From Spironucleus salmonicida (Eukaryota), in contig NC_090604.1 in NCBI RefSeq assembly GCF_000497125.1, forward strand, positions 268,651 to 332,650: a stretch of DNA of 64,000 bases. The letters run 5' to 3'. Position 1 is the stretch's first letter; every line of letters begins with the position of its first letter. The notes beneath the pieces are model-generated. The model worked only from the letters and a program-made list of their open reading frames with translations, had not been told where the DNA came from and did not search any database. This document shows positions 42,251-54,730 of the stretch, one piece after another. A program made the translations under genes and the position numbers.

Positions 42251-42402
42251 TAGTAAGTAACCAAGACTAAAAGCAACTTTCTGTTGGCTCTAGTTTAAAA
42301 ATCAATGAGACAAGTTATGATTGCATCGCTATCGTAAAAATGGATTGGCGGTACTGAAACTAAAGCCAACGGAAATTTGTTTTTAGTACGTATTACTTAC
42401 TA
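42251..42402. repeat. Second, more degenerate copy of MITE-like hairpin
   Basis: tagtaagtaaccaagactaaaag...ttttagtacgtattacttacta; the right arm is partly decayed. Confidence 0.65.
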
Positions 42403-43441
42403 CTCTTGCAATAATGAACATTTCTTAAATGATGGCTAGAAAACGTGCTAGAAGGAAGAAGCTCAAAATAGTTACTTAAAAAAATATGTGCGTGAACTAT
42501 GGAGATGCTATTTAAGTACTGTTTTACATTTTATACTATGACCTTTTTACACCGTCACACATTCGGCGTTTCTTATATCTATCTCTAAATATTTTTAAGA
42601 TGGTTATCTATCGGAAAATATGACACCTAAAAGCAAATATAACGACTTAAGACCGAATTTGAGTGATTTTGAAATAATTGTTTTCTGCATCTCTAAGAGA
42701 TGTCTGATTTGCCTAGATCACCCAATTAAAATACAATCTCTAAAGAAATCATGTTCGAATCGGAATGCTGCCGCAACACGCCTTGACAATGTATTTTTTT
42801 TAAACTGTAACAAATACAGAATGAAAGGTAAATTAAATATATTTTTTTTGTTAATGAGAAAAATCGTTTTCACAAAATTTTAAATTGGTAATGTTTTATC
42901 CTAGCAAACACTATTCAGACCTGTGTATAAATCGGTTTAGTGGTTTTCAAAATATTAGTTATTTTATGCTCTGCAACGCCAATAATAATGGTTGGTCTTT
43001 TTAAAATAATTACGCAAATTTGGCTGGGCTGAATGGTGATTTGTTGCTGGCCGACTTCTGCTAATAATATATCTAGAGATCTATTCCAGTGTAGGAACTA
43101 TCGAAACTGCTTCCAAACATATCAAAACCAGGCCTAGCATTACTAATTAAGCCAAAAATAGAATTTGCTATCTATTTATGTGCTGCTAAATATTAGTGCA
43201 AAATATACATCTTATTGAAATTTACAGAATTAGTTATATTGGCTACTCCTAAAGTCTCTTACTTAAAAATATCAGCTTGGTGCAGATAGTGTTCATCAGC
43301 CATAGAAATAAATTTTATGCCGTTTTTTAAAAAATCTAACTGGGTTAAGAAAGATAGTACTAATTTGTAATTTGTCCATATGAAATAGTTTCCACTCGCA
43401 GTCCACCTTACCATCCATATACTCCAATTCAATGTAAATTC

Positions 43442-45577
43442 TCACTGCATGTTGAAGTTCTGCTTCTCCACCTCCTAGTTGGCCTTGGACTTCTTCATGT
43501 ACCAGAAAGCGGCACCGGCGACTCCCCCCGCAACGACCAGGACAGCTATGACGATGCCTGCAACGGCGCCGCTGGAGAGGTTGGTGCTGGGCGTCTCGCC
43601 TTGTAGGAAGCAGAATGAGCCCACGGCGGTGGCCCCGTCTGCGCAGGTGGTGCACTTTTCATTTTCTAATTTGTAGCCTGGCATGCAGGACGCGCACTTT
43701 TTACTATCCGAACTATTGCATTAGAGGCAGTTTGCAGCAGTATCGCATTTGCACGCAGTTACCTGGCTGCTGCTCCCGCAGTCCACAATCGCTTCGGCAG
43801 TGCACGCCTTGCCCTCTGCCAGTGTACCCGTGCAATCCTTCTCGCATGTTTAATTGATGCTCATGGTGTGCTAAATGGCGCAGGTATCGCACGTTTCGAG
43901 GCTTTCGGAGCACATGGCGCACTTGGCCTCGCATTTCTAGCAGGCCATATCTACCATCAGGTAGCCGTCGTCACAGATGGAGCAGGTGCTGTCTGACGCC
44001 TTTTTGTAGCCGGTAATGCAGGTGCCGCACTTTCCTTTATTAGAAGAATCGCAGGTAGCGCAGTTAGTTGCTGCACCGCACGTGCACTGCTCTGTGGTGT
44101 TTGACGTACAAGCCGTACAGGTTTTATCCGTGGCGAAAAAGTCGTCCTTGCAAAGCTTGCAGGTGTCTTTATTGTCGTCGCAGTTCGCGCAGTTGTCGGG
44201 ACATGCTGTGCATTTTTCACTGTTCAACATAAAGCCGGCCTCGCAGGTCACGCACGTGCTTACTGCATCCTTGCACGTGGCGCAGTTATCTGTGCAGTCT
44301 TTGCAGATCGTTGAGCAGATTTGGTTCGGGGCGCAGCTGCCGTCACCTGTTTTGCAGTTTTTCTCGCATTTACCGCTTTACAGCGAAAAGTCAGCTTTGC
44401 AAGCCGTACAGGTGTCTTTGCTAGCTGTGCAGGTCGTGCAGTTTGGGTCTGTGCAGGCTACGCACTAGTTATTTTAGATCGAAAACCCATCCTTGCAAGC
44501 TGTGCAAGCTGAACTAGAAGAGCAGGCTGTGCAGTTCTCAGAGCAGGCTGTGCAAGTATCATTCCCATCTTTGGCCTCCTTGAAAAATCCTGACAAGCAT
44601 TTCTCGCAAGGGGTGGTTCCAGAGGGGTCAAAATTGTTGATGCACGTTTCGCATTTGCCCATTTCACCAGGTTTACATGTTGAGCAGTTTTTGGCAGACG
44701 TACACGTGCAGGCAGTCATTTAGGTTGTGCTGCAGGCTATGCAATTGTCGTCTTGGATAGAAAATCCATTTTCACATGCGGTGCAAACGGAGCTAGAAGA
44801 GCAGACCGTACAATTCTCATGGCAAGCTGTACATTTACTAGGACTAGCAGAACTATCCTAGAAGAATTTGTCCTTGCATGTTTAGCATGGGGTAGTTCCG
44901 GTTGGATCGTAGTCATTGATGCAGGTGGTGCATTTACTCATATCAGAACTACAGGTCGCGCAATTTTTGAGAGACATACACGTGCAGGCAGTCGCTTAAG
45001 TACTTGCACAGGCAGTGCACGAATTTCCGCTTAGAACGTTTCCATCTTTACAGGTTTGGCAGGTGTTTTCTGCTGTGCACGTTGCACATGTTTCTGGGCA
45101 TTTTGTGCAAGTTTTTGTGGTATCAGTATTCTCAAAGTACCCTGCCTTGCATTTTGAGCAAGGAGGAGTCGCAGAAAAATCATATTCGCCGTTGCAGGTT
45201 GCGCATGTTGCCATATCAGTAGCGCAAGTTTCGCAGTTAACTGCGGATCCGCAAGTGCAGTTCATGGTTTACCCTGAAACACAGGCTGCGCAGGTGGTTC
45301 CGCTTAAAGCATTCCCGTTTGCGCAGGTTAGGCAGGCACTGGCTCCACTTCCTGAGCAGGTTGCACATTTCGAATCGCAGTCTGCGCAGGCTTCCCCACT
45401 AAGATACTTTCCATCGGCGCAGGTTAAACACATTACAGCTTCTGCGGATGTTCCTGTGCAGGTGGCGCACTCTACTTTGCATTTGATGCATGTTGTCGCA
45501 GTAGAGTCTACATTTGATGGACAGAAGTAACCTGCCTCGCAGGTAGTTTTATCGGTAGAAGAACACTCATTAGTCAT
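43442..45577 (-). CDS. Large cysteine-rich membrane protein, CRMP2-type (711 aa), copy B4
   Basis: Code-6 ORF MTNECSSTDKTTCEAGYFCP... with the same TM and tail. Convergent with B3. Confidence 0.93.
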
Positions 45578-46173
45578 TTAGATAGAAGTGAAAAGATGAC
45601 TACAGTGTAACTGTGAATAATACCGAGGATTGCAGTTTCGTGTTTTTACTTATTGAAATGGAAGTGAAATATTTTATGGATAGCGTTTGCTATTAAATGA
45701 GGAATTGATATTGTGCAAATAAGTATAATTTAGTAAATTTTACTTAAAGTAGTTGTAGAGAAATCGCAGTAGATTTAACAAAAGAAATGGTGATGCCTTT
45801 ATTATAGGCATGAGTGGTGTTATAATAGTTTATGCAAAGTGCGTAGTAACTTATAATCTTTAAAACACGTAAATCTTTAAATTGAGTTTATAATAGTTGT
45901 GCATACTAATATAATACTGCAAAAACTAAAAGTGAAAAAATCCATATATTATATAATACATCTATTATTTCAGAAACAGTGTGAAGTTTACTAAATACCC
46001 GATTGCTGGTGATAGTTGGACTTATGGGTATTTAAACATAACTACTGCTCAAACCAACTTTATGCTAACCGAAGCTAGTAATATTATTATAATATAATAA
46101 AATAATTCATATTTTAAAATAGTAGTGAATAGTTTATTCGGATAGTATTTAGACTAACATGGCTGCAAAACTC

Positions 46174-48175
46174 AAAAATATTTATGTCATTCTAATATGG
46201 TAAACTGAAAGAATGCTGAGAATGGCTAATATGGTTTCAATAATGTCTTCTCGGCTAGCCTGACACCTAAATACACAGGATCATACCAGCCACTCCGGAC
46301 CGTACCAGAGCCCGTGCTACTATCCCTGCTCGATACTCCCGAGGTATCAGAAGTTTGGCTGGTATCGTATTCTTCTGTTGGTATGTTTTCACTGATAGCA
46401 TCCTAAATTCTACTTTCCTACTACTAATATGTAAGTTTCTACTTACGGTTCAGGTAACATACCGTAATAGGTGTTGACACCACTTCTATTCAGATCCCAG
46501 CTGTCCCACTAATCAGCCTTGAGTCTATAAATGCATTCACCTTGCAGCACAGTATGCCAGAATATTAATAGACCTTACTTTATCATTACCTGATCCTTCA
46601 CATGCTTTCCTAAAGTAGCAGTGCTAGCATAGAATATATTTTAGTATTTCTATGACCTGTAGTGAGAGAGATAGGTTTTGTTCATTGACTACATTATTGG
46701 GTAAGAACTTTACTTTCCACTATCCTTATACCATCTATGATATGATCTAAGGCTTAATAACTAAATTAGTAAAATTTAAGTAATAGACATTTTAATCTGT
46801 CATAGCCTTAGCTGATAATGGATAAACTTCAATTAAATGGAAAAATATTTACGTCATTCTAATATGGTAAACTGAAAGATTGGTGAAAATGGCTAATATG
46901 GTTTCAATAATGTCTTCTCGGCTAGCCTGATACCTAAATAGGCTGACCATACCAGCCACTCCGGACCGTACCAGAGCCCGTGCTACTATCCATGCTCGAT
47001 ACCCCCGAGGTATCAGAAGTTTGGCTGGTACCGTATTCTTCTGTTGGTATGTTTTCACTGATAGCATCCTAAATTCTAGTTTCCTACTAGTAATACAGGT
47101 TTCCCTTACTTTTCAGTTAAGATGTAGTAATAGGTGTTGACACCACTTCTATTCAGATCCCAGCTGTCCCATTAGTCAGCCTTGAGTCTATACATGCATT
47201 CCCCTTGCAGCACAGTATGCCAGAATATTAATAAACCTAGGTTTAACTTTAGCTTATCTTACATGCTTTCCTAAAGTAGCAATGCTAGCATAGAATATAT
47301 TTTATTATTTCTATAGCATGTGGTATGAGAGATAGGTTTGTTCACTGACTACATTATTGGGTAAGAACTTTCACTTTCCACTATCCTTATACCATCTATG
47401 CTCTGATCTAAGGCTTAATACCTAAATTTGTAAAATTTAAGTAATAGACATTCTAATCTGTCATATCCTTAGCTGATAATGGATAAACTTCAATTAAATG
47501 GAAAAATATTTACGTCATTCTAATATGGTAAACTGAAAGATTGGTGAAAATGGCTAATATGGTTTCAATAATGTCTTCTCGGCTAGCCTGACACCTAAAT
47601 ACACAGGATCATACCAGCCACTCCGGACCGTACCAGAACCCGTGCTACTATCCATGCTCGATACCCCCGAGGTATCAGAAGTTTGGCTGGTACCGTATTC
47701 TTCTGTTGGTATGTTTTCACTGATAGCATCCTAAATTCTAGTTTCCTACTACTAATATGTAAGTTTCTACTTACGGTTCAGGTAACATACCGTAATAGGT
47801 GTTGACACCACTTCTATTCAGATCCCAGCTGTCCCATTAGTCAGCCTTGAGTCTATACATGCATTCCCCTTGCAGCACAGTATGCCAGAATATTAATAAA
47901 CCTAGGTTTAACTTTAGCTTATCTTACATGCTTTCCTAAAGTAGCAATGCTAGCATAGAATATATTTTATTATTTCTATAGCATGTGGTATGAGAGATAG
48001 GTTTGTTCACTGACTACATTATTGGGTAAGAACTTTCACTTTCCACTATCCTTATACCATCTATGATATGATCTAAGGCTTAATAACTAAATTTGTAAAA
48101 TTTAAGTAATAGACATTCTAATCTGTCATATCCTTAGCTGAGAATGACTAAGTTCAATTAGATGGGAAAATATTT
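46174..48175. repeat. Tandem triplication of ~665-bp part of repeat U
   Basis: Units start at ttta(t/c)gtcattctaatatggtaaactgaaag at 46181, 46848 and 47509. AAAATATTT occurs at every junction. Confidence 0.9.
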
Positions 48176-51100
48176 TTATGTTAATATTATATTCATTAGT
48201 TATCATAACACTTTTAGGATTAAACCTGATAAGTTTTGGATAATACATACAATTTACCTTTTCATTTTCCTTTTCCTATAATATTATGTATTACCCTATT
48301 TTACAGAAGCTCGATAAATTAATCAATTTATAAGTAATATAGTTTCAGTTTAACATAAGTCAAGCTTCAGTTATTGATTTTTATTTTTGTACATGTAACA
48401 TATATTATATTAAGCATTATTTACTTGGGAATGAGTAGTAAATATTTTACTACTTATAATTGTATTAGGAACTATTTTCTAAATACCAAATAGCTAGCTA
48501 AATACAAATATTAAAACCTAAAACTATTCAAACCACATTCTAATGCAATAAACTAAACGACTGCATTCAATATAGCACATACGCTAATCCTGGTAGCATT
48601 TCCTGCACAGAGGTAGTAATGACGCATGCAGTAGCAAAATCAAATTATTGCCTAGTTCGTGCATCAGCCAGTTGTTAGCATGTTGTGCTAACTCTATAGC
48701 CTGAAGCAGTTCCGCAAAATGCACAGCTTTCGCGAACCGATTTAAAGCTGTATACGGTATATGAATAAATTCTGCAGCTATTGCGCGCACTTGTGGTCCC
48801 AGACATTTTATCAATACTCCTAACTTTGCGAATTAAAGCCCACTGGTAATACCTAGAGTGCCTTCCAGCATCTACGCGGCATGCCGCAGCTGGATGAATC
48901 CTCAAATGCAAAATTCCAAATAGATGGCACAGTATAAATAAGTAAGCTATTAGGTAGCCGCATCATTGTCCGCTATGCCTATGCTAATAATCCTATTATT
49001 GACTACTGCTCCGCTGGCCAGACACCACGACGCAGGTGTGGTCCAGGAGCACCTAATTGCCTTATTTGTCAAACAATTTAAGAAATAAGAGAGAGTCCCT
49101 GTACTGATCCATTATGCATATATTCTGATGAAGATAATGGGAATGCACGGGCTGCATAGACTCTAGGAACTATCTGCTCTCTAGACATTCATGAGCCCTA
49201 AATCGTTAATCTAGACAAATCTATAGTCTTCCTGGGGTATTTACCCAAATGCTAATAATTCTGAGCATACGTCAAAGGTCCTGAGAAAGGTGAAAATTTC
49301 TGCTTTTTGATGAAATGCATAACAGTAGGTTATCCAGAGTTGGTGTGACATGGATATTAACACTATGTGCCGTCGGGGTGGACTTGCATTTACTTCCTCA
49401 AGAAAAGGAAGAAGTGATGGTACCAGTTGTGAAAGAATACATGGACAAAAGTTCTAAGTGGACTTAAATGTTATTTTAGCGATGTATTACTCGTCACGAT
49501 ATTTCACTGGTAGCAGCTATTTACGGAATACTTGAACCCACCTTAATACGTTTTAATTTGCTAGAACTAATACGATAATACTCGATAATCTGAGATAAAA
49601 TCAGCATGATGTCAAAGCAAGGCATCGATAGATCGATTTACCACATGTAATAAAAATAGAACCATATGAGCAATTAGTAATATATTTTAGTTAAAAAGCC
49701 TTAGCAATTCTGCAAAACTTAACTAAACGCATGCTTTCCACGAGGTTATGTAACAGCAATGATCGTCATGCTTTAAGCTATAAATTTAGAATCTGGCATA
49801 TTTTATGAAATTTAATTCACTATCTTTAGAGTGATTCTATGTCATATAGTATTATTAAATATTTCAGCTTCAGTTTTGCATACATTAGTTATTTTGAGAA
49901 TCGGACTGCATAATATGCAGATGTAACAGTATAACATGTTATTGTACCATAACTTTAAAATCACATTAAAAGTTTAATTTCGTATTCCTGCGCATGGTAA
50001 GATACTAATAGTTCAAATTCATCCAAACTATAGCTTCTACAACTACTATACAATAAAATTATCTCTAAATAACCAAATTCAATCCACAACCACACCATTC
50101 CAAACGTTCTAATCTGATAAATAGCAGTTTATTGCATCTACACCAATATGCTCAACTCCCATTCTCGCGCAACATCTCCCATTCCCTAACGATTAAAACT
50201 GCACAAACCAAACACCCCTAATCACCATGACCCCAATGCCCTCACTACCGCATCCAACCCATTCCTTAAATTATCACCTTAACATCTCTTATACGACGCT
50301 AACTGCCATCTCAGAATTATCACTAAAATGCTCATTTCAACCTCAAATTGCACAAAACGAGATTTGGTGAAAATGGTTATTTTCTGCCCCACGAGCGCGG
50401 AAATGCTTTTCCACAGTCAAATTTGCAACTTCCCGTGCGAAGCATCTGCGTGCAAGGTATGAACAGGGAATAGATCAAATGGTAAGAAATGTTTTTGCGC
50501 CCTCAGAAAGCACACAGCGATGTGTAGCGCCTATTCCGAGCGTGCACGCCCCGTTGAATAGTTGAGCAGTAGCTAGTCGCAAAGAGGCAGAATTGCTGGT
50601 GTAGAAAGTACGCTTGCAACGTTCCACTGGTGTTGTATTGCAAAATTGGGCATGCGGCAGGGCGGAAACTACGGCTAATTCGTAATAATTTGACTGTAGC
50701 TATCTTGCTTAACGTATCGTCTAGAGGGTGAAAATGGTATTTTTTGCTGTTTTTAAACGCTACTGTGCAAAGCTTAAGTTTGAAAAGCCGTTGGCAAAGT
50801 CCCTAACTGGCCCTTATCAGTAGAAGGCGAGGAATGTTAGTACTCAGAATATGAGTTTAATTTGATGCTAAAATTCAAAATTTCATAGTTTGTAGTCAGA
50901 ATAATACAGAGAGTAGTAAATCCGTATTGTATGAACCACATAATTAGAATTAGTATCTTTAAAAAATTTTAAAGATAAATATTTTGATCCAATTTATTGG
51001 CCGCGTTGTCTACCAATTTAGTGGTCGCCCTTGGTGAGTAACCGTTTTGAATTTTTAAATAGGAAAAATATTTTTTCTTGACCTCTCTCTGGGTTACTAT

Positions 51101-52734
51101 CTACTATATCAGATTTGATAATTCACATTGCGAGTAATAAAACAATAGTCCATTTTCAAAATTCAAATATTCTGTGTGCATCTTCTTGATGATGTCTTAC
51201 TACTTGCTTACTATTTGTTTTCTTCAAACATATTTTAATGCTAGTCTATGTTTAACCTAATACTAACATTAATTCTTTTACTTTTGGTAAGTGCATGTAT
51301 TGAATCTAATATTTTATAGTAAATCGCTTGATAGATTATTGAAGACTCTGGTATGAGATTTATCCTTGAACTCATTTAAGTGTGAATTTTACTATTTAAT
51401 TGTATTGTATCTTAGTTAAAACTTTTATAATTGGTTTAATCTAATTAATTTATTAGAATAAATTATTTAGTATTTGTTTTATTAGAGTTATTTATATATA
51501 AGGGATATCTAACTATATTCGTTTTTGTATTACTTAATATTCATATTCAGATCATTGCATTATTGTTTAGATTTCGTATTTTAAAAGCTTTGTTTTTATA
51601 GCATCAAGACTATCTTCTAGTATTGGTAATAGATCTTATTTGAACTATTATATTTTTTGAATTTATAATTTTATCTTGTTTGAATATTACTTCTCTGTCA
51701 TGGCTGATAAAGGTTTGTTAATAACATCTAAATATAAAAACACCAGTTATGTATTTTAAAAAATACGATATTGAAAATTAAAATATAATTATGAATTTGA
51801 TATATTCGATTTGGGCGACCCAATGGAAATACAATCTCTAAAGAGATCATATTTCCCTTGACCTGCTCACGCTGAGGGTGGTTAGCAAGATTATTTAATA
51901 TGGAAGACACAAACTATTTTAAAAAATGACTTGTTTTAAGTATCGAAGCTTTCTTTTTTGAAAATTATATAAACACTGATATGCTTGTAGAGTAGTAGGT
52001 ATACTAGCAAATGTATGAAATATGATTATGAAATATGTAATTGAATGATATAAATTCTTTCTCAATTTAATAAAATGATGTTTCGTATTTCAATATGGAT
52101 TTTCATATTTTTGCTTGGAATACTTATTACTGAACTCGGTTATTTCCGTATTTCGCTACCCCGAGCACCGAACCTAGCTGATAACGCGGTTAGAGCCAGC
52201 CTGAAGTCAAGGTTGGCAGTAAAAGTACTGCAGCGCGGCCCAGACCAACTTCTTGGTGGTTGCCTGGCCCGATGACGCCATTAACGGGGATAACTTATAT
52301 GTGCTTATAAGAGTATACTAGGCTGGCTGGGAAGCGCACTTATTTCTTAACATCGTTGGGCGTGGTAAGAGCCCCCAAAGCCGGATTGCTGCCGTGCAGA
52401 GTGCGCGTTCGGGAGGTGTTATTGCGGTGTACCTGCATATTCAAGTTCCCTGCTCCAAGGCCCTCTCGGTACACCGCGCTGATACCAGTGCGCGTGGAAC
52501 CCTCATGCAGTTCCGGTCCAGGGGTCCATTCGGAGACGTAGCATATCTACATAAACAAGTTAGATAAAAACTGTTCTCACAAATATATACTTTATAGATA
52601 TAAATACATTATTCCATTTTTAGTTTATGCATATAATAACTTATATACTATACTAAGTAATATTCAATAAATTCGAAACTGATAATTTATTCTATACCGC
52701 GGTTATTCTGCTATAATACGTGGATCCATTCAAA

Positions 52735-53589
52735 ATGCCCGACGCCGGAACATGTAGTAGATCGAGTACCGGCTGCAAGGCAGGATATTACTGCCCGACT
52801 GTAGAGGATAATGAAGTGAGCTGCATCGCTTGCTCCGATGATATAAAACTCGGCCAAGGCTGCTACTGTGTGAGCAATACAGTTAATACCCATTGTAGAG
52901 AGTGCACAAATAATACGTGCTCCAAATGCATCCCCGGAAGTTTTCTAGATGGGGATGGGTGCACTATATGCTCAAAAGGGTGCGGCAAGTGTAAGAGCTC
53001 TGATAAGTGCGAGGCTTGCGCTGAGGGGTACACCATGGAAAAGAATATATGCGTTAGAGTTTGCAATTCTTTATAAGACTGTGAACAAGAACGCATGACC
53101 TTCTGCAACTTGTCAGCAAATCGCTGTGAGCCATGCGAATCAAATTGTGTTTTTTGCTCCTCAAAAACAGTGTGCAACTTCTGTAATCCGAACTTACATA
53201 CTACTACAATAGACGGAAAGTGTACAACCAGCTGCACTACCCTCCAAAATGGTGAGTACTGCAAGGATGGTGTTGCCACATCGTGCGCGGAAGGGCTTGA
53301 TTCGGCCTGCAGATGCGGAGCGGTTAGAAGCTGTGCCTCCTGTAATGATAAAAAGACTGCCTGCGAGACATGTTTGCCCAATACAGTGAAGGCGAAAGAC
53401 GGTACGTGCAGTGAATGTGCGGAAGGGTATGAAATTCTAGCTGGAATGTGCTGGGCCAAGTAGGGCGGAGTCTAGCAGAATAAAATAGGTGGTGGTGCGA
53501 TTGCCGGAATTATCATAGGGGTATTGGTGGTTGCTGGTGCAGTAGGTGGCGGCTTGGCATACTACTTCATCAAGAAGGCCAGGAAGTGA
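52735..53589 (+). CDS. Cysteine-rich membrane protein, CRMP1-type (284 aa, KKARK)
   Basis: Code-6 [24 protein letters not shown]...FIKKARK-TGA; mirror of 639-1493. Confidence 0.92.
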
Positions 53590-54730
53590 TAGAATTTCGG
53601 ATAATATGGGTAGATGGCCGCCGGTGCTATTTAGCGATCCGGGAGCGGAGGTCTTGCGGATTTGAGTAGCAGATGCGGGGATAAGGGAAAGTGGAAATTT
53701 TAATATTGGCTAGAACTGTGCTCCGGAGAGGCGCAATAATTACTGCTGGCGGGAAGATGCCGCTAGATATCAATATTTCACTGTCTTGTCTGTGGCTTTG
53801 CATACTCTGTGCATGCTAGTATTGGGATAGCTGGCCGTGCAGGGCGAGTGCTGGCCGTCAGTGGACTCATATTGTCGTCATAGGGTTTCATAATTATTAT
53901 AATACGTTAGTGTCTAATATTAATTGGAGCGGAATTTTAATTTTGGTATCTAGTTTATATAATATGCAGGATACTAATCGCATCATGAGCTTAGCTCTGG
54001 ATACCCAACCTAGTCCCAACTTAGCAAAATAGAAAAACATGAAAACCAATTTGCGCTCTTTAGGAGAATCATGCTACAGTTCCTCAGTTCGAAACAGAAG
54101 ACCACCCGCAAGCTGTAAGGCACTGCAAAACCATGCTAGGTCGGTCATATCTGCCAGTCACCCGCGTAGGATCCGAGAAGTGTGTCCCGTGCACCTACGG
54201 CACGAAGGTGGGCTAGGGATGGTATGCCGACGACAGGGAGACAGTAGACGGCAAGAAATACGGATTCGCTGCCTGGGCTGAGGGCCCTCCTGGGCCTTTC
54301 TAGACAGAATCCCGTACACCGCATGCGCACAACCCTGCACAAATTGCATTCGGGTGGAATGAAGGGAAGCGTGAGATAGTCTATTCGATTGTTCGACGTA
54401 TCGAGAGTGCTGAGCAAATGGTGCAAAGGCATGCTATGCCGCTCCAACGAAGCGCTGCGCCTGTGCGAGTCAAAATGTTATGTTTACGCTTCTGTTGCAT
54501 TTTGCAATTCCCGTGATGACAACGGCTACATTACCACCATACACGGTAACGGAACCGCGAACTGCAACTCTTTTTAGGAGGGAGGACCAACTACTTATCT
54601 GGAAGGTATTTCCCCCGCATGTGAGTGCGATGCCGCAGAAAAGGCACTTCCTGCAGCGACGGTCAGGACGGCGGCAAGGGAGGTTTGCTGAATGTCCTTA
54701 TGGAGATGAGGAGAAATGTGCAGAGGACGA
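53590..54730 (+). repeat. ~1.1-kb GC-richer repeat 'S' downstream of 284-aa CRMP1 genes (also 1-638 -, ~18680-19825 -, 33142-~34290 +)
   Basis: The recurring MKTNLRSLGESC... track ORF and shared nucleotide blocks follow all four small CRMP genes. Confidence 0.85.

Larger units (their letters stand above)
38153..43441 (+). repeat. Middle segment 'M', second copy (direct repeat of 9517-14824)
   Basis: Same-strand collinear match including the mid-size CRMP and the hairpin element. Confidence 0.9.
45578..54227. repeat. Outer arm (right) of inverted duplication; partner 1-7350
   Basis: Reverse complement of 1-7350, lengthened by the internal tandem triplication. Confidence 0.9.

Noticed and set aside
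46174-48175. CRISPR-like or prokaryotic mobile element interpretation of the repeats
   Set aside because: The context is eukaryotic and the units are long tandem copies without unique spacers. No transposase, integrase or reverse transcriptase motif was recognised in the window.
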